A DNA stretch of 59,660 nucleotides from Clostridia bacterium (GTDB lineage Bacteria; Bacillota; Clostridia; Oscillospirales; CAG-272). The stretch covers positions 1 through 59,660 of the forward strand of contig JAFWTH010000050.1 in assembly GCA_017518975.1 (NCBI GenBank), given 5' to 3'. This document shows, piece after piece, positions 41,601-49,520 of the stretch (position 1 is the first letter of the stretch; each line of letters starts with the position of its first letter). The position numbers and the translations under genes were made by a program. A model generated the notes under the pieces. The model saw nothing but the letters and a program-made list of their open reading frames with translations, had not been told where the DNA came from and made no database searches.

Positions 41601-41865
41601 CGTCAAGACCCGCGCCGAGGATACTGCTTTCCAGGGCGGCGATCGTCGCGAAGGACCAGCAAGTTCCGAAAGGCGCCTGCGATCTCACGGGAGTCGTATA
41701 ACACTTCCCGTCCACGTCGCGCAGATCGAACGACGACGGCAAAACGGGGACCTCGTCCGTTTCCACGTCCCCGGGACCGGCGTAAACGGCAGACGTTGAG
41801 AGTGCCGAGAACGTGGGAATGAGAAGACAGAGCGCAAGGATGATCGAAAGCGTTCTTTTTTTCAT
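38644..41865 (-). CDS. Secreted C1 (papain-like) cysteine peptidase with Ig-like middle region and three C-terminal SLH repeats
   Basis: Signal peptide MKKRTLSIILALCLLIPTFSALSTSAVYA. Active-site Cys context SQAPFGTCWSFATIAALES. C-terminal FSDVPADAYF.../FGDVSESDYFY.../FGDVSEDDYFY... repeats. Confidence 0.85.
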   Translation of the reverse strand: MKKRTLSIILALCLLIPTFSALSTSAVYAGPGDVETDEVPVLPSSFDLRDVDGKCYTTPVRSQAPFGTCWSFATIAALESSILGAGLDGADGAPATPETLDLSEKQLAWFSATPLNEPGNPQNGEGQFIADFISEDGLTEFMNRGGNEVFSAGALAQGIGPVHESVDPIFEYHGKGAVINYEWLSGELKKYSYSASDDWTIPSAYRFMKSYTVKEARFLPNPSNPDEDGHYVYNPAATKAIKEELLARRAVQINFCADTSVPGQEGGAQFISDNWAHYTYMPIGSNHAVTIIGWDDGYSRDNFIQGTVEAVLTDGTTVTIDKAPPADGAWLVKNSWGAGGSGFPSEGSGTWGIVDESGNHTGLFWLSYYDQTASGPVSYVVEENDEGVNITDQHDYMPVGDALSFFSEDEMKMGNIFTASHCEELEEVSCFTSEPGMTVKYEIYLLDGYSKAPEEGLKVAEMETTYRYGGYHLESLKDFDVLFDVAGDGSGRILLTKYQPYSIVVTQKSAEGKYAVNFQYSFYEDSGIQSFKGIINNGESFFLRDGAWCDYAQEQDFRDEMATELGILGNGTVSEDLTYDNFPIKGYCRQLEKDFIPALNGNTFLYYKTDTRGSSVMRIGFHATEANVPVFAEEDVSWGLEEGGDRVVTLSPGANGLRAVFTANNVEGEKAIAYVTVKGVGTIPFYVHVYKSVITGIFLQTDFSTGKQRVVYEYTGEEIAPAENVDCLVQALVKDEDFSFVYEDNVKCGLATVKIGQVSDRVSVSPDVFATFVIVPQKAVIESVEEGEGKLTVKLRDQSECGLSGYRIEYRAEGEEEWREARFAGPVTEAVVFGLDEGKYELRASGYTEVPDGSPWYFDPINYGQTSDTVTATAKAPRSFSDVPADAYFARPVAWAVSGGITTGTGADTFSPDDECTRAQAVTFLWRAAGSPEPTLTENPFGDVSESDYFYKAVLWAVEKEITTGTAADAFSPDNVCTRAQIVTFLWRAAGRPGDGETEDVFDDGWDADPGEYEEEGPVNPFGDVSEDDYFYKAVLWAVGEEITKGTSDTAFSPYAFCTRAQIVTFLYRANVK

Positions 41866-41945
41866 TGTTTGCCCGTGCGGAGCGATTCGGAGCCCCGCTT
41901 TTCCTTTCTTGTCCTTTTTTTGTAAAGAAACCGATCTACTGCGTA

Positions 41946-43373
41946 TCAATAACCGCTGTTTACGGTCTCGACCTTGATTATGTTCGTGTTTCCGGGCGTG
42001 TCGAGCGGGATGCCGCCGACGATGACGACGCGGTCGCCGTCAGACACGAGGTCGATCTGCTTCGCGCAGTCGATCGCGTGACGGAACAAACTGTCGAAAT
42101 CGTCCTGATTTCGCGCGAGGACGGGATAAACGCCCCAAGAGAGCGCGAGCTGGTGGAACGTTTTGACGTTCGGCGTCGCCGCCACGATCGGCGTGGAGGG
42201 ACGGAATTTCGACATTCTTCTCGCGCTGCGGCCCGTCATCGTCAGGGCGACGATGGCGTCCGCCTTGAGATCGCGCGCCGTCGTGCACGCCGCGTCGCAC
42301 ACGGCGTTCGTTATGTCCTCGGAGTCCATCACGTAGCTGCCCGCCGCGCCCTTCATCGAGAACGAGTCGCGTTCCGCCTGCTCGGCGACCTTCGCCATGA
42401 CCCCGATCGCGCGGAGCGGATATTCGCCCACGGCGGTCTCGCCGGAGAGCATGACGGCGGACGTGCCGTCGAAGACGGCGTTCGCAACGTCGGTGATCTC
42501 CGCTCTCGTCGGCGTCGGATGACTTATCATGGATTCGAGCATCTGCGTCGCCGTGATGACCATCTTGCCGGAGCGGTAGCATTCTTTTATAAACCGTTTC
42601 TGCAGGCCGGGAAGGCGCTCGAACGGTATCTCGACGCCCATATCGCCTCGGGCGACCATGATGCCGTCCGACCTCGCGAGGATCTCGCTGAAGTTGCGGA
42701 CTCCCTCGCTGTTCTCGATCTTCGAGATGATCCTGATCGCGTGGCCGCCGTTGTAATCGATGAATTTTCTCATGTTCGTCACGTCCTCCGCCGAGCGGAC
42801 GAAGGAAGCGGCGACGAAATCGATATCGTTTTCTATGCCGAAAAGCAGGTCGTCGCGGTCGCGGTCGGAAAGATGGGGTATGTCGAGATGGACGTTCGGA
42901 ACGTTGACGCCCTTCCCCGATTTGATAATGCCGCCCGAAGTGACCGTCGTGACGATCTCATCGTTCCCGGCGGACTTGACGGTGAGTTCTATGTTTCCGT
43001 CGTCGAGAAGAATCCTCGTTCCCTCCGACATCTGCGCGGGAAGACCCGCGAACGTGATCCGGGCGCCCTTCTCGTCGCCTTCGGCGTCGCGCGCGGTGAG
43101 AGTGAACTCCGAGCCGGTCTCAAGCGTCGCCGAGCCGCCGCGGAACGTGCCGAGGCGGATCTCCGGGCCTTTCGTGTCGAGCATTATCGCCACGGGGACG
43201 CCGAGCTTGTCTCTCGCCGCCTTGACGGCGTCGATCTTCGCCTTGTGTTCCTCGTGCGTGCCGTGGGAGAAGTTCAGACGGGCGACGTTCATCCCCGCCT
43301 TTATCATCTCGGTGATCTTCTCTTCGGTGTCCGTCGCCGGACCGAGCGTACAAACTATTTTGGTTTTCAGCAT
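41946..43373 (-). CDS. pyk: Pyruvate kinase
   Basis: KIVCTLGPAT...NVARLNFSHG...MLDTKGPEIR...MVARGDMGVEIP motifs. Confidence 0.96.
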   Translation of the reverse strand: MLKTKIVCTLGPATDTEEKITEMIKAGMNVARLNFSHGTHEEHKAKIDAVKAARDKLGVPVAIMLDTKGPEIRLGTFRGGSATLETGSEFTLTARDAEGDEKGARITFAGLPAQMSEGTRILLDDGNIELTVKSAGNDEIVTTVTSGGIIKSGKGVNVPNVHLDIPHLSDRDRDDLLFGIENDIDFVAASFVRSAEDVTNMRKFIDYNGGHAIRIISKIENSEGVRNFSEILARSDGIMVARGDMGVEIPFERLPGLQKRFIKECYRSGKMVITATQMLESMISHPTPTRAEITDVANAVFDGTSAVMLSGETAVGEYPLRAIGVMAKVAEQAERDSFSMKGAAGSYVMDSEDITNAVCDAACTTARDLKADAIVALTMTGRSARRMSKFRPSTPIVAATPNVKTFHQLALSWGVYPVLARNQDDFDSLFRHAIDCAKQIDLVSDGDRVVIVGGIPLDTPGNTNIIKVETVNSGY

Positions 43374-43491
43374 TTTTTGCAGGCTTCCTTTTTATGTATT
43401 TGAAATCCGGGGATCTGTTTTCCCGGATCTTTTTTGCGGACTTTTGACGTTTTTCGGATTCGGGCGTGAAAACACAGCCCGGGAACGCGCG

Positions 43492-44358
43492 TCAGTTCCC
43501 GCCGTCGGCGTCAGTCGGGGTCGAAACGTCCGACGTCGGGGAGGAGTCGGAATCCGTCCTGACGATGACCCCGTTCTCAAAATATCCGTCGTATACCCTT
43601 CCTCCCGGGAAGGTGTAAACGCCCTTTCCGTTCATGAGGTTTCCGCGGAATTCGCCTTCGTACTTTTCCCCGTTCGCCCAGAGATACGTACCCGTTCCTT
43701 CTCTCATATCTCCCTTGAAGTCGCCGGTATAGCGGTCGCCGTTCGCAAAGACGATCTCGCCTTTGCCCTCCCGCATATCCGAAACGAACGATCCCGTGTA
43801 AACGGTGCCGTCGGAGTATGTGAAAACGCCCTCGCCGTCGAGCTTGCCGTCCTTGAACGAGCCGTTATATACGGAACCGTCGGAGCAGGTCAGCGTTCCG
43901 CTCCCGTTTTCCTTTCCGTCCCTGAACGAGCCCTCGTAGACGTCGCCGTTAGAATAAACGTATTTCCCCGCGCCCTCGAACACGTCGTTCCGGAACCATC
44001 CGGTATATACGTCGCCGTTTTTGTGAGTGAGCGTACCCTCGCCGTTTTTAAGCATATCGGATAAAGCGCCCTCGTAGACGTCGCCGTTCGAGTACTCGAG
44101 CTTTCCCGTCGACGCGTCGTATTTCGCCGTCATTCCGTTCGAGTAGCGGATCACTCCGCGTGCCGGCGCGCCGTCTTTGTCGACGATGCCGAAGAATTTG
44201 ACGGAAAGACCGTTTCCCGCCGTTGACGACACGTATCTGACGCCGACGAAGTAAAGGATCGCGACCGCTAAAACGAGCACGATCACCGCGGCTATCACGA
44301 TCCTGAGCATTATGGAGCCGAACGATCTCTGTTTTTTTACATACGGGTTTCCCGCCAT
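43492..44358 (-). CDS. Membrane-anchored MORN-repeat protein
   Basis: N-terminal TM segment and about 8 tandem YxNGDxYxGxFxxGxxxGxG repeats. Confidence 0.8.
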   Translation of the reverse strand: MAGNPYVKKQRSFGSIMLRIVIAAVIVLVLAVAILYFVGVRYVSSTAGNGLSVKFFGIVDKDGAPARGVIRYSNGMTAKYDASTGKLEYSNGDVYEGALSDMLKNGEGTLTHKNGDVYTGWFRNDVFEGAGKYVYSNGDVYEGSFRDGKENGSGTLTCSDGSVYNGSFKDGKLDGEGVFTYSDGTVYTGSFVSDMREGKGEIVFANGDRYTGDFKGDMREGTGTYLWANGEKYEGEFRGNLMNGKGVYTFPGGRVYDGYFENGVIVRTDSDSSPTSDVSTPTDADGGN

Positions 44359-44374
44359 TTCGTTCTCCCGCCTT

Positions 44375-44824
44375 TCAATTGAATAATGATAAGATCCAGG
44401 GCACCGCGATCACCGCGCCCTCCGTCGCCGCGGCGAGGAGGATCGTTCCGACGATCCACGCGACGGGCGAATTCCGTTTTACGTATCTGATCTCGGCTTC
44501 CGCCGCCTTTTCTTCCGGGATGTAGAAGCGCTTTTCGCCGTCCCCGTTCTCCGAAAGCTCCGTCGCCGCCACTGTCTTGCGGAGGGTCGATCTGTCGCGG
44601 AGCGCGAAACGGAAGACGCCTCCCGCGCCGATCTCAGCGGCGTTTTTCGCCGTGTCGCGCGACAACGCATCGCCGTCGATGAGCCTCTTTACGATCTTTC
44701 TGTTCGCCGCCGTCACGAAGAAGGCGAAAAGCGACGCGAGGACCAGGCCGTATCCGATACAGCGGATCGCCGCGACGAGTGGAGTCGCAGAAATAAAATA
44801 TCCAATTATATCCATTTCTTCCAT
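44375..44824 (-). CDS. Small membrane protein, unknown function
   Basis: TM segments at both ends. Start overlaps the parB stop (TAATG). Confidence 0.55.
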   Translation of the reverse strand: MEEMDIIGYFISATPLVAAIRCIGYGLVLASLFAFFVTAANRKIVKRLIDGDALSRDTAKNAAEIGAGGVFRFALRDRSTLRKTVAATELSENGDGEKRFYIPEEKAAEAEIRYVKRNSPVAWIVGTILLAAATEGAVIAVPWILSLFN

Positions 44825-45699
44825 TAATCCTCCACAGGCGGCTTCCCGCAGATCGCAGTCAGCAGCGCGTCAAGATCGTCGGCGTCCGAGTAATCGAGCG
44901 ATACCGTTCTTTTTCCCGGTCTCTGCGAAATGCGGCACCGTCTTCCGAGGATCTCCGTCACGCGCCTTTCGAGATCGCCGATATAATCGACGCCGGGCGT
45001 GTGTATTCTCGTGACCGAGGAGATCTTCTCGGAGTTGTTTTCCTTCTTTACCGCAGCCTCCGCGTCCCGGACGCTCATGTTTCTGAGTGAGATCCTTTCC
45101 GCGAGCGGGAGGATCCTCTTTTTGTCGCGCAGGCCGAGCAGCGCTCTGCCGTGACCCGCGGAGAGCTTTTTGTCCGCTATCATTTCGAGCACTTCGTCCG
45201 GAAGGTCGAGAAGACGGAGAGAGTTTGCCACCGCGCTTCGCGATTTCCCGATCCCTGCGGCGATCTCCTCCTGTGTGAGATCGTATTTCTTCATCAGTTC
45301 GCTGTAGCCTTTCGCTTCCTCGCACGGATTGAGATCCTCGCGCTGAAGGTTTTCGATCATCGCTATCTTTGAGGCGGTAAATTCATCGATCTCCATTACG
45401 ATCGCGGGGATATCGGACAGTCCCGCCATCTTCGACGCTCTCCAGCGGCGCTCCCCGGCGATGATCGAATACGTCCCCGTACCGGTCTCCCTGACGAGGA
45501 TCGGCTGGAGCACTCCGTTTGCGGCTATTGATTCCGCAAGCCCGGTCAGCGCTTCCTTATCGAATGTTTTTCTCGGCTGGTCGCCTCTCGGCTCGATATC
45601 TGATATTCTGAGTTTCGTCGCCGCATCGGCGCTCTGTCCTATCGAATTGTCGCTGAAAATTGCGTCAAGACCTCTTCCCAATCCTTTGTTCTTAGCCAT
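44824..45699 (-). CDS. parB: Chromosome partitioning protein ParB/Spo0J
   Basis: GLGRGLDAIF, GERRWRA CTP-binding box, HTH region, C-terminal dimerisation region. Confidence 0.95.
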   Translation of the reverse strand: MAKNKGLGRGLDAIFSDNSIGQSADAATKLRISDIEPRGDQPRKTFDKEALTGLAESIAANGVLQPILVRETGTGTYSIIAGERRWRASKMAGLSDIPAIVMEIDEFTASKIAMIENLQREDLNPCEEAKGYSELMKKYDLTQEEIAAGIGKSRSAVANSLRLLDLPDEVLEMIADKKLSAGHGRALLGLRDKKRILPLAERISLRNMSVRDAEAAVKKENNSEKISSVTRIHTPGVDYIGDLERRVTEILGRRCRISQRPGKRTVSLDYSDADDLDALLTAICGKPPVED

Positions 45700-45810
45700 T
45701 GAGCAATTCCTTTCTTTTTTCGCTTTTATAATATATTGTATCAGTATTCCCTCTTTTTAACGCCTGACGTGCGCGGATCGTCGCCCGGCAGGGCGTCAAT
45801 GACGGTCCGT

Positions 45811-46584
45811 TCAGACGGGACATCTTTCGATGAGCTCCCGGGCCGCTTCCATATAAGCCCGCGCGCCTTTCGAATACCTGTCGTGATAGTTTATCGGCGT
45901 TCCGAAGCCCGGCGCCTCCGAAAGAGTCACGTTTCGCGGTATTACGACGGAAAACAGTTTGTCGGCGTAGTATTTCTTTATTTCCGCCAGCACCTGCGAC
46001 GAGAGATTGAGGCGTCCGTTGTACATCGTTATGAGGATGCCCGCGACCGTGAGGCGCGGGTTATACAGCTGTTTTACTTTTTTTATCGAGAGCATCAGCT
46101 GCGTAAGCCCTTCGAGCGCGTAATATTCGCACTGCATCGGGATTACGACCGAGTCGGCGGCTGTCAGCGCGTTTACCGTCAGCATTCCGAGCGACGGCGG
46201 GCAGTCGATCATTACGTAATCGTAACCCGTCACTTTTGCTATGAAATCGGAAAGACGTCTCTCGCGTCCGTCTTCCGAGATCAGCTCGAACTCCGCGCCG
46301 GCGAGTTCAATCGTTGCCGGCACGACGGATAAACGGTCGAATTTCGTACTTGCGACACATGTTTCCGGACCTTCTCCGTCCGTCAGAGCGTTGTATGTAG
46401 TGTGACGAAGGGTTTTTTTGTTGATCCCGAGACCGCTCGTCGTATTTCCCTGCGGATCGCAGTCGATCATGAGGACTTTTTTCCCCAGTTCCGCTGTTGA
46501 AGATGCGAGGCTTATCGCCGAGGTCGTTTTTCCGACGCCGCCCTTCTGGTTGGCGAACGCGATGACGTACGGGGATCCGTTCAT
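45811..46584 (-). CDS. parA: ParA/Soj partition ATPase
   Basis: Deviant Walker A KGGVGKTT. Start taken at MNGSPYVIAF (ATG 46584). Confidence 0.95.
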   Translation of the reverse strand: MNGSPYVIAFANQKGGVGKTTSAISLASSTAELGKKVLMIDCDPQGNTTSGLGINKKTLRHTTYNALTDGEGPETCVASTKFDRLSVVPATIELAGAEFELISEDGRERRLSDFIAKVTGYDYVMIDCPPSLGMLTVNALTAADSVVIPMQCEYYALEGLTQLMLSIKKVKQLYNPRLTVAGILITMYNGRLNLSSQVLAEIKKYYADKLFSVVIPRNVTLSEAPGFGTPINYHDRYSKGARAYMEAARELIERCPV

Positions 46585-46779
46585 CTTTTGCCACGTCCTT
46601 TCATCCGCCGTGCGCGACGCGTTTTCGGTCTTTGACACGGTGTTTTGCTTCAATTGTTTATATTTTACCACTATTTGACGGAGTGTTCAACAATTTTCGG
46701 AAAGTTTTGTTCTTTCCCGGGCAATATATAACGCCGTCTTCGCGGCACGAGGGCGCAGACGGCGTTTTGTATGTCGGAA

Positions 46780-46795
46780 TGTTTCACGTGAAACA
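46780..46795. promoter_or_regulatory. parS centromere site, perfect consensus
   Basis: TGTTTCACGTGAAACA, read directly. Ends 1 nt before the stop codon of the ParB-like gene. Confidence 0.9.
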
Positions 46796-46796
46796 A

Positions 46797-47459
46797 TTAC
46801 TCGGATCGTCCGTTTTTAAGGGTTATTGTGATCACCACGCCGCAGTCCGTTCGGACGCGTGTCGAAGAAACGTCGAATCCGCACGATCTGACGGATTCCA
46901 CCGCGTGATCGATCGAGTTATAGAATATCCTCATGTCGCGGAGGAGCAGACGCCGTTTAAACTCGGTTTCAAACTTCCCTGTTCCGGGGCGATTTCCAGC
47001 GCATGGAGTTTCGTCCGAAAACGGGAGCGGATCTCCGGAGCAAAGGAGAGCTTCGACGTATTCCTCGGCGGAAGCGACGTTCATCTTCTTATTTATCATC
47101 TCGCGGAGCGCGGATATTCGTTTCGATGCGTCGGAAAAGCGAAGTGCGGCGCGCGCGTGGCGCTCGGTGAGCGCGGAAGAGAGGATAAGGTTTCTCTCTT
47201 CCGAGGAGAAGCGCAGAAGGCGAAGCTTGTTGGCGACGTAGGACTGACTGCACGAAAGGCGTTTTGCGACTTTTTCCTGCGTTAGCCCGCACGAGTCGAC
47301 AAGAGATCTGATAGCTTCAGCTTCTTCAAACATGTTCAGTTCTCCTCGGCGGGCGGGAAGCGGCACGCAGGGGGTCGCATCGGGAATCCGGTCGGCAACA
47401 GAACGCGTATTTTCGGCTGTGCCGAACGGTATACGGTCCGGGATAAGAAGTTCGTTCAT
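46797..47459 (-). CDS. ParB/Noc-like HTH protein lacking the N-terminal ParB/Srx CTPase domain
   Basis: LNMFEEAEAIRSLVDSCGLTQEKVAKRLSCSQSYVANKLRLLRF aligns with the ParB HTH region. Only ~40 aa precede it and there is no GERRxRA box. ATG 47459 follows aaaggaa. Confidence 0.7.
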   Translation of the reverse strand: MNELLIPDRIPFGTAENTRSVADRIPDATPCVPLPARRGELNMFEEAEAIRSLVDSCGLTQEKVAKRLSCSQSYVANKLRLLRFSSEERNLILSSALTERHARAALRFSDASKRISALREMINKKMNVASAEEYVEALLCSGDPLPFSDETPCAGNRPGTGKFETEFKRRLLLRDMRIFYNSIDHAVESVRSCGFDVSSTRVRTDCGVVITITLKNGRSE

Positions 47460-47752
47460 GTTAGTTTCCTTTCGGGAGCGGGATTCTGTTTGAAAGTATA
47501 CCGCGAACGGCGCGCAAAAACGCGCGGACGCGGTCGGTGTTTTATAAATTGTTTTGGGGCGCGGAGTCGTCGGAACGGACAAATTGTCGCTGAAACGGAG
47601 GAAGAAACGGGCGGCAGAACACCTGTTCATAAATACGAAAATATATTCACAAATAAGTCACAAATTGTTATTAAGTTTCATTGCTATAGGGGGAAATGCA
47701 CAAAAACGACGAAAAACGACGCAGGCGGCAGAACGCTTGGAATCGGATTTCA

Positions 47753-47864
47753 GTTTTCAACGAAAGTTTTCAACAGGTCTTTGAAAAAAACGAAAAAAAA
47801 GGGATAATTGGCGTTCTTGAGGGGGACTTTTTCCCCATTTTCAACAGTCTAAACTGTTGAAAAC
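47753..47864. promoter_or_regulatory. Cluster of GTTTTCAAC boxes in an AT-rich divergent intergenic region
   Basis: gttttcaac at 47753 and 47766. attttcaacag at 47837 and its inverted copy ctgttgaaaac at 47854 form the palindrome ttttcaacag-tctaaa-ctgttgaaaa. Confidence 0.5.
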
Positions 47865-48086
47865 TCGAAAATGAGTCGAACCGATTCTATTTTTTCAAGT
47901 GCCTAAATGGAGAAATTAGGTAATTTTCCGATAAAAAATATCAAAAAACGGGGAAAAAACAAATAAAGCGATTTTTTAACAAGAAACCGTTTGACGGGCT
48001 GCCGGATCGGCGGAAAGTCGTAATAAAACGGGACGGAGAAGCGTATCGTGTTCTCGAATAAAACGTATTCGGCGAGGGGGCGGAAA

Positions 48087-49439
48087 ATGAGATCAATGTT
48101 AAAACGTATGCTCGTCTCTGTTTTGTTTTTAGCGTTCCTGACTGCGTGTTCGGGCGCGCAGACGAGGGGAGGGATCGCGCGGGATCACGAAACAACGCGG
48201 GAAGATCCCGAGGCACAAATCCCGCAGCCCGCTGTTCGGGACGGATTTGAGTTTACAGTTGTCAGATCCGGAAGGGAGGGACGGGAATCGCTCGAACGCG
48301 CCGTCCGCCTCCGCGATATGGCGGCGAAAGAACAGAGCGGTGTTTCAGTAAAGTACGTCGACGCCGCGGACGACGCCGCCGCGCAGATTGCCGCCGCGGC
48401 GGACTATCTGTCGGGAGAGCACGGGTACTGCGCGGCGGAAGGATCGTTTTCGCATCTTGCGGCGCCGCTTCTCGCGAAGGGCGCGCTGTGCCCGGCGGAG
48501 GATTTCTGCGGCGCGCTCGGGGAGGACAGTCTGAACGCATCCCTTAAAACGAAAAACGGGACGTACTTCATAACTGGTCCGATCGTTCCGCGTTCGCTTG
48601 GTGACGTATCGTGTATCGCGGCCAATCTTGAGACGGCGCGTCGCTTCAGCGTCAGACTTCCCGACGAGACGACTCTTGCGGGTCCCGGCGGATGGGACGC
48701 GCTGACGGCGTCGGCGTCACCCGTCCCGCGCGGCGTCGGGATCTACAGATACGGAGTGACCGACAGGTCGGTCGGGATCGCCGTTCTCGGAGCGTCGGGC
48801 GTTTCCGTCACCGCGAAAAACGAAGACGAAGTCCCGCTGGTCCCGGCGCTCTCGAGGGAGACGGCGGAAGCGCTCAAAAAGGCCGCGTCGCTGTTCGGCG
48901 ACGGATCGACGGCGTACCGCCCGGACGAACGGATGCCGCGGGAGGAGCGGGAGCACGCCGCAGTCGCCACGTTCTCGGATCCCGGGGTCTTATATCTGTT
49001 TTGTAAAACAAAGGATATCCCGGAGCTGCGCGATAAAGGAAACGACATACGCATCCTCCCGTATCCCGGAGGGGCGAGCCGCGCGGACAGTACGGGAGGC
49101 ACGACGGCGGTGATCCTGAAAGGGGGAGACGACTCGGGCGTTGCGGCGGCGCTCGGAACGCTTGAAGAACTGTCCCTCAGATATACGCTCCCGGAGGCGT
49201 ACGACGCGTTCCTTTCGGGGAGAACGCGTTACGACTCCGACTCCCGAGACGCCGTCGCGGGCATGCTTTCGGCGCCCGTGTACGAACTCGCGCTCGCAGT
49301 CGCGGGAGAGGACGGAGAGCGGGCGTCCGATATGGCGTCCGACGCGGCGCTGGGCGATCCCGACGCGCTTATCGGATGGGATCTGAAAGCCGCGCTTATC
49401 AAGCCCGGGGTCGAGAAGATCTTCGCGGAGGATCCCTGA
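48087..49439 (+). CDS. Lipoprotein, unknown function
   Basis: MRSMLKRMLVSVLFLAFLTACSG has a canonical lipobox. RBS gaggggg. Confidence 0.7.
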   Translation: MRSMLKRMLVSVLFLAFLTACSGAQTRGGIARDHETTREDPEAQIPQPAVRDGFEFTVVRSGREGRESLERAVRLRDMAAKEQSGVSVKYVDAADDAAAQIAAAADYLSGEHGYCAAEGSFSHLAAPLLAKGALCPAEDFCGALGEDSLNASLKTKNGTYFITGPIVPRSLGDVSCIAANLETARRFSVRLPDETTLAGPGGWDALTASASPVPRGVGIYRYGVTDRSVGIAVLGASGVSVTAKNEDEVPLVPALSRETAEALKKAASLFGDGSTAYRPDERMPREEREHAAVATFSDPGVLYLFCKTKDIPELRDKGNDIRILPYPGGASRADSTGGTTAVILKGGDDSGVAAALGTLEELSLRYTLPEAYDAFLSGRTRYDSDSRDAVAGMLSAPVYELALAVAGEDGERASDMASDAALGDPDALIGWDLKAALIKPGVEKIFAEDP

Positions 49440-49520
49440 CGGAAACACGGCGCACGCGCTTCTTTTTCAGCCGGCGCGGGAATAGAATGAACAGAAGTAT
49501 ACTCCCCGGAGGAGAGAAAA

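Noticed and set aside
46585-47630. N-terminal extensions offered by the ORF track for parA (to 46671) and the ParB-like gene (to 47630). Similar extensions exist for gyrA, the peptidase, the lipoproteins and blaI.
   Set aside because: Internal ATG or GTG codons with proper RBS spacing give family-typical N-termini or signal peptides. The extensions show no homology-like sequence.
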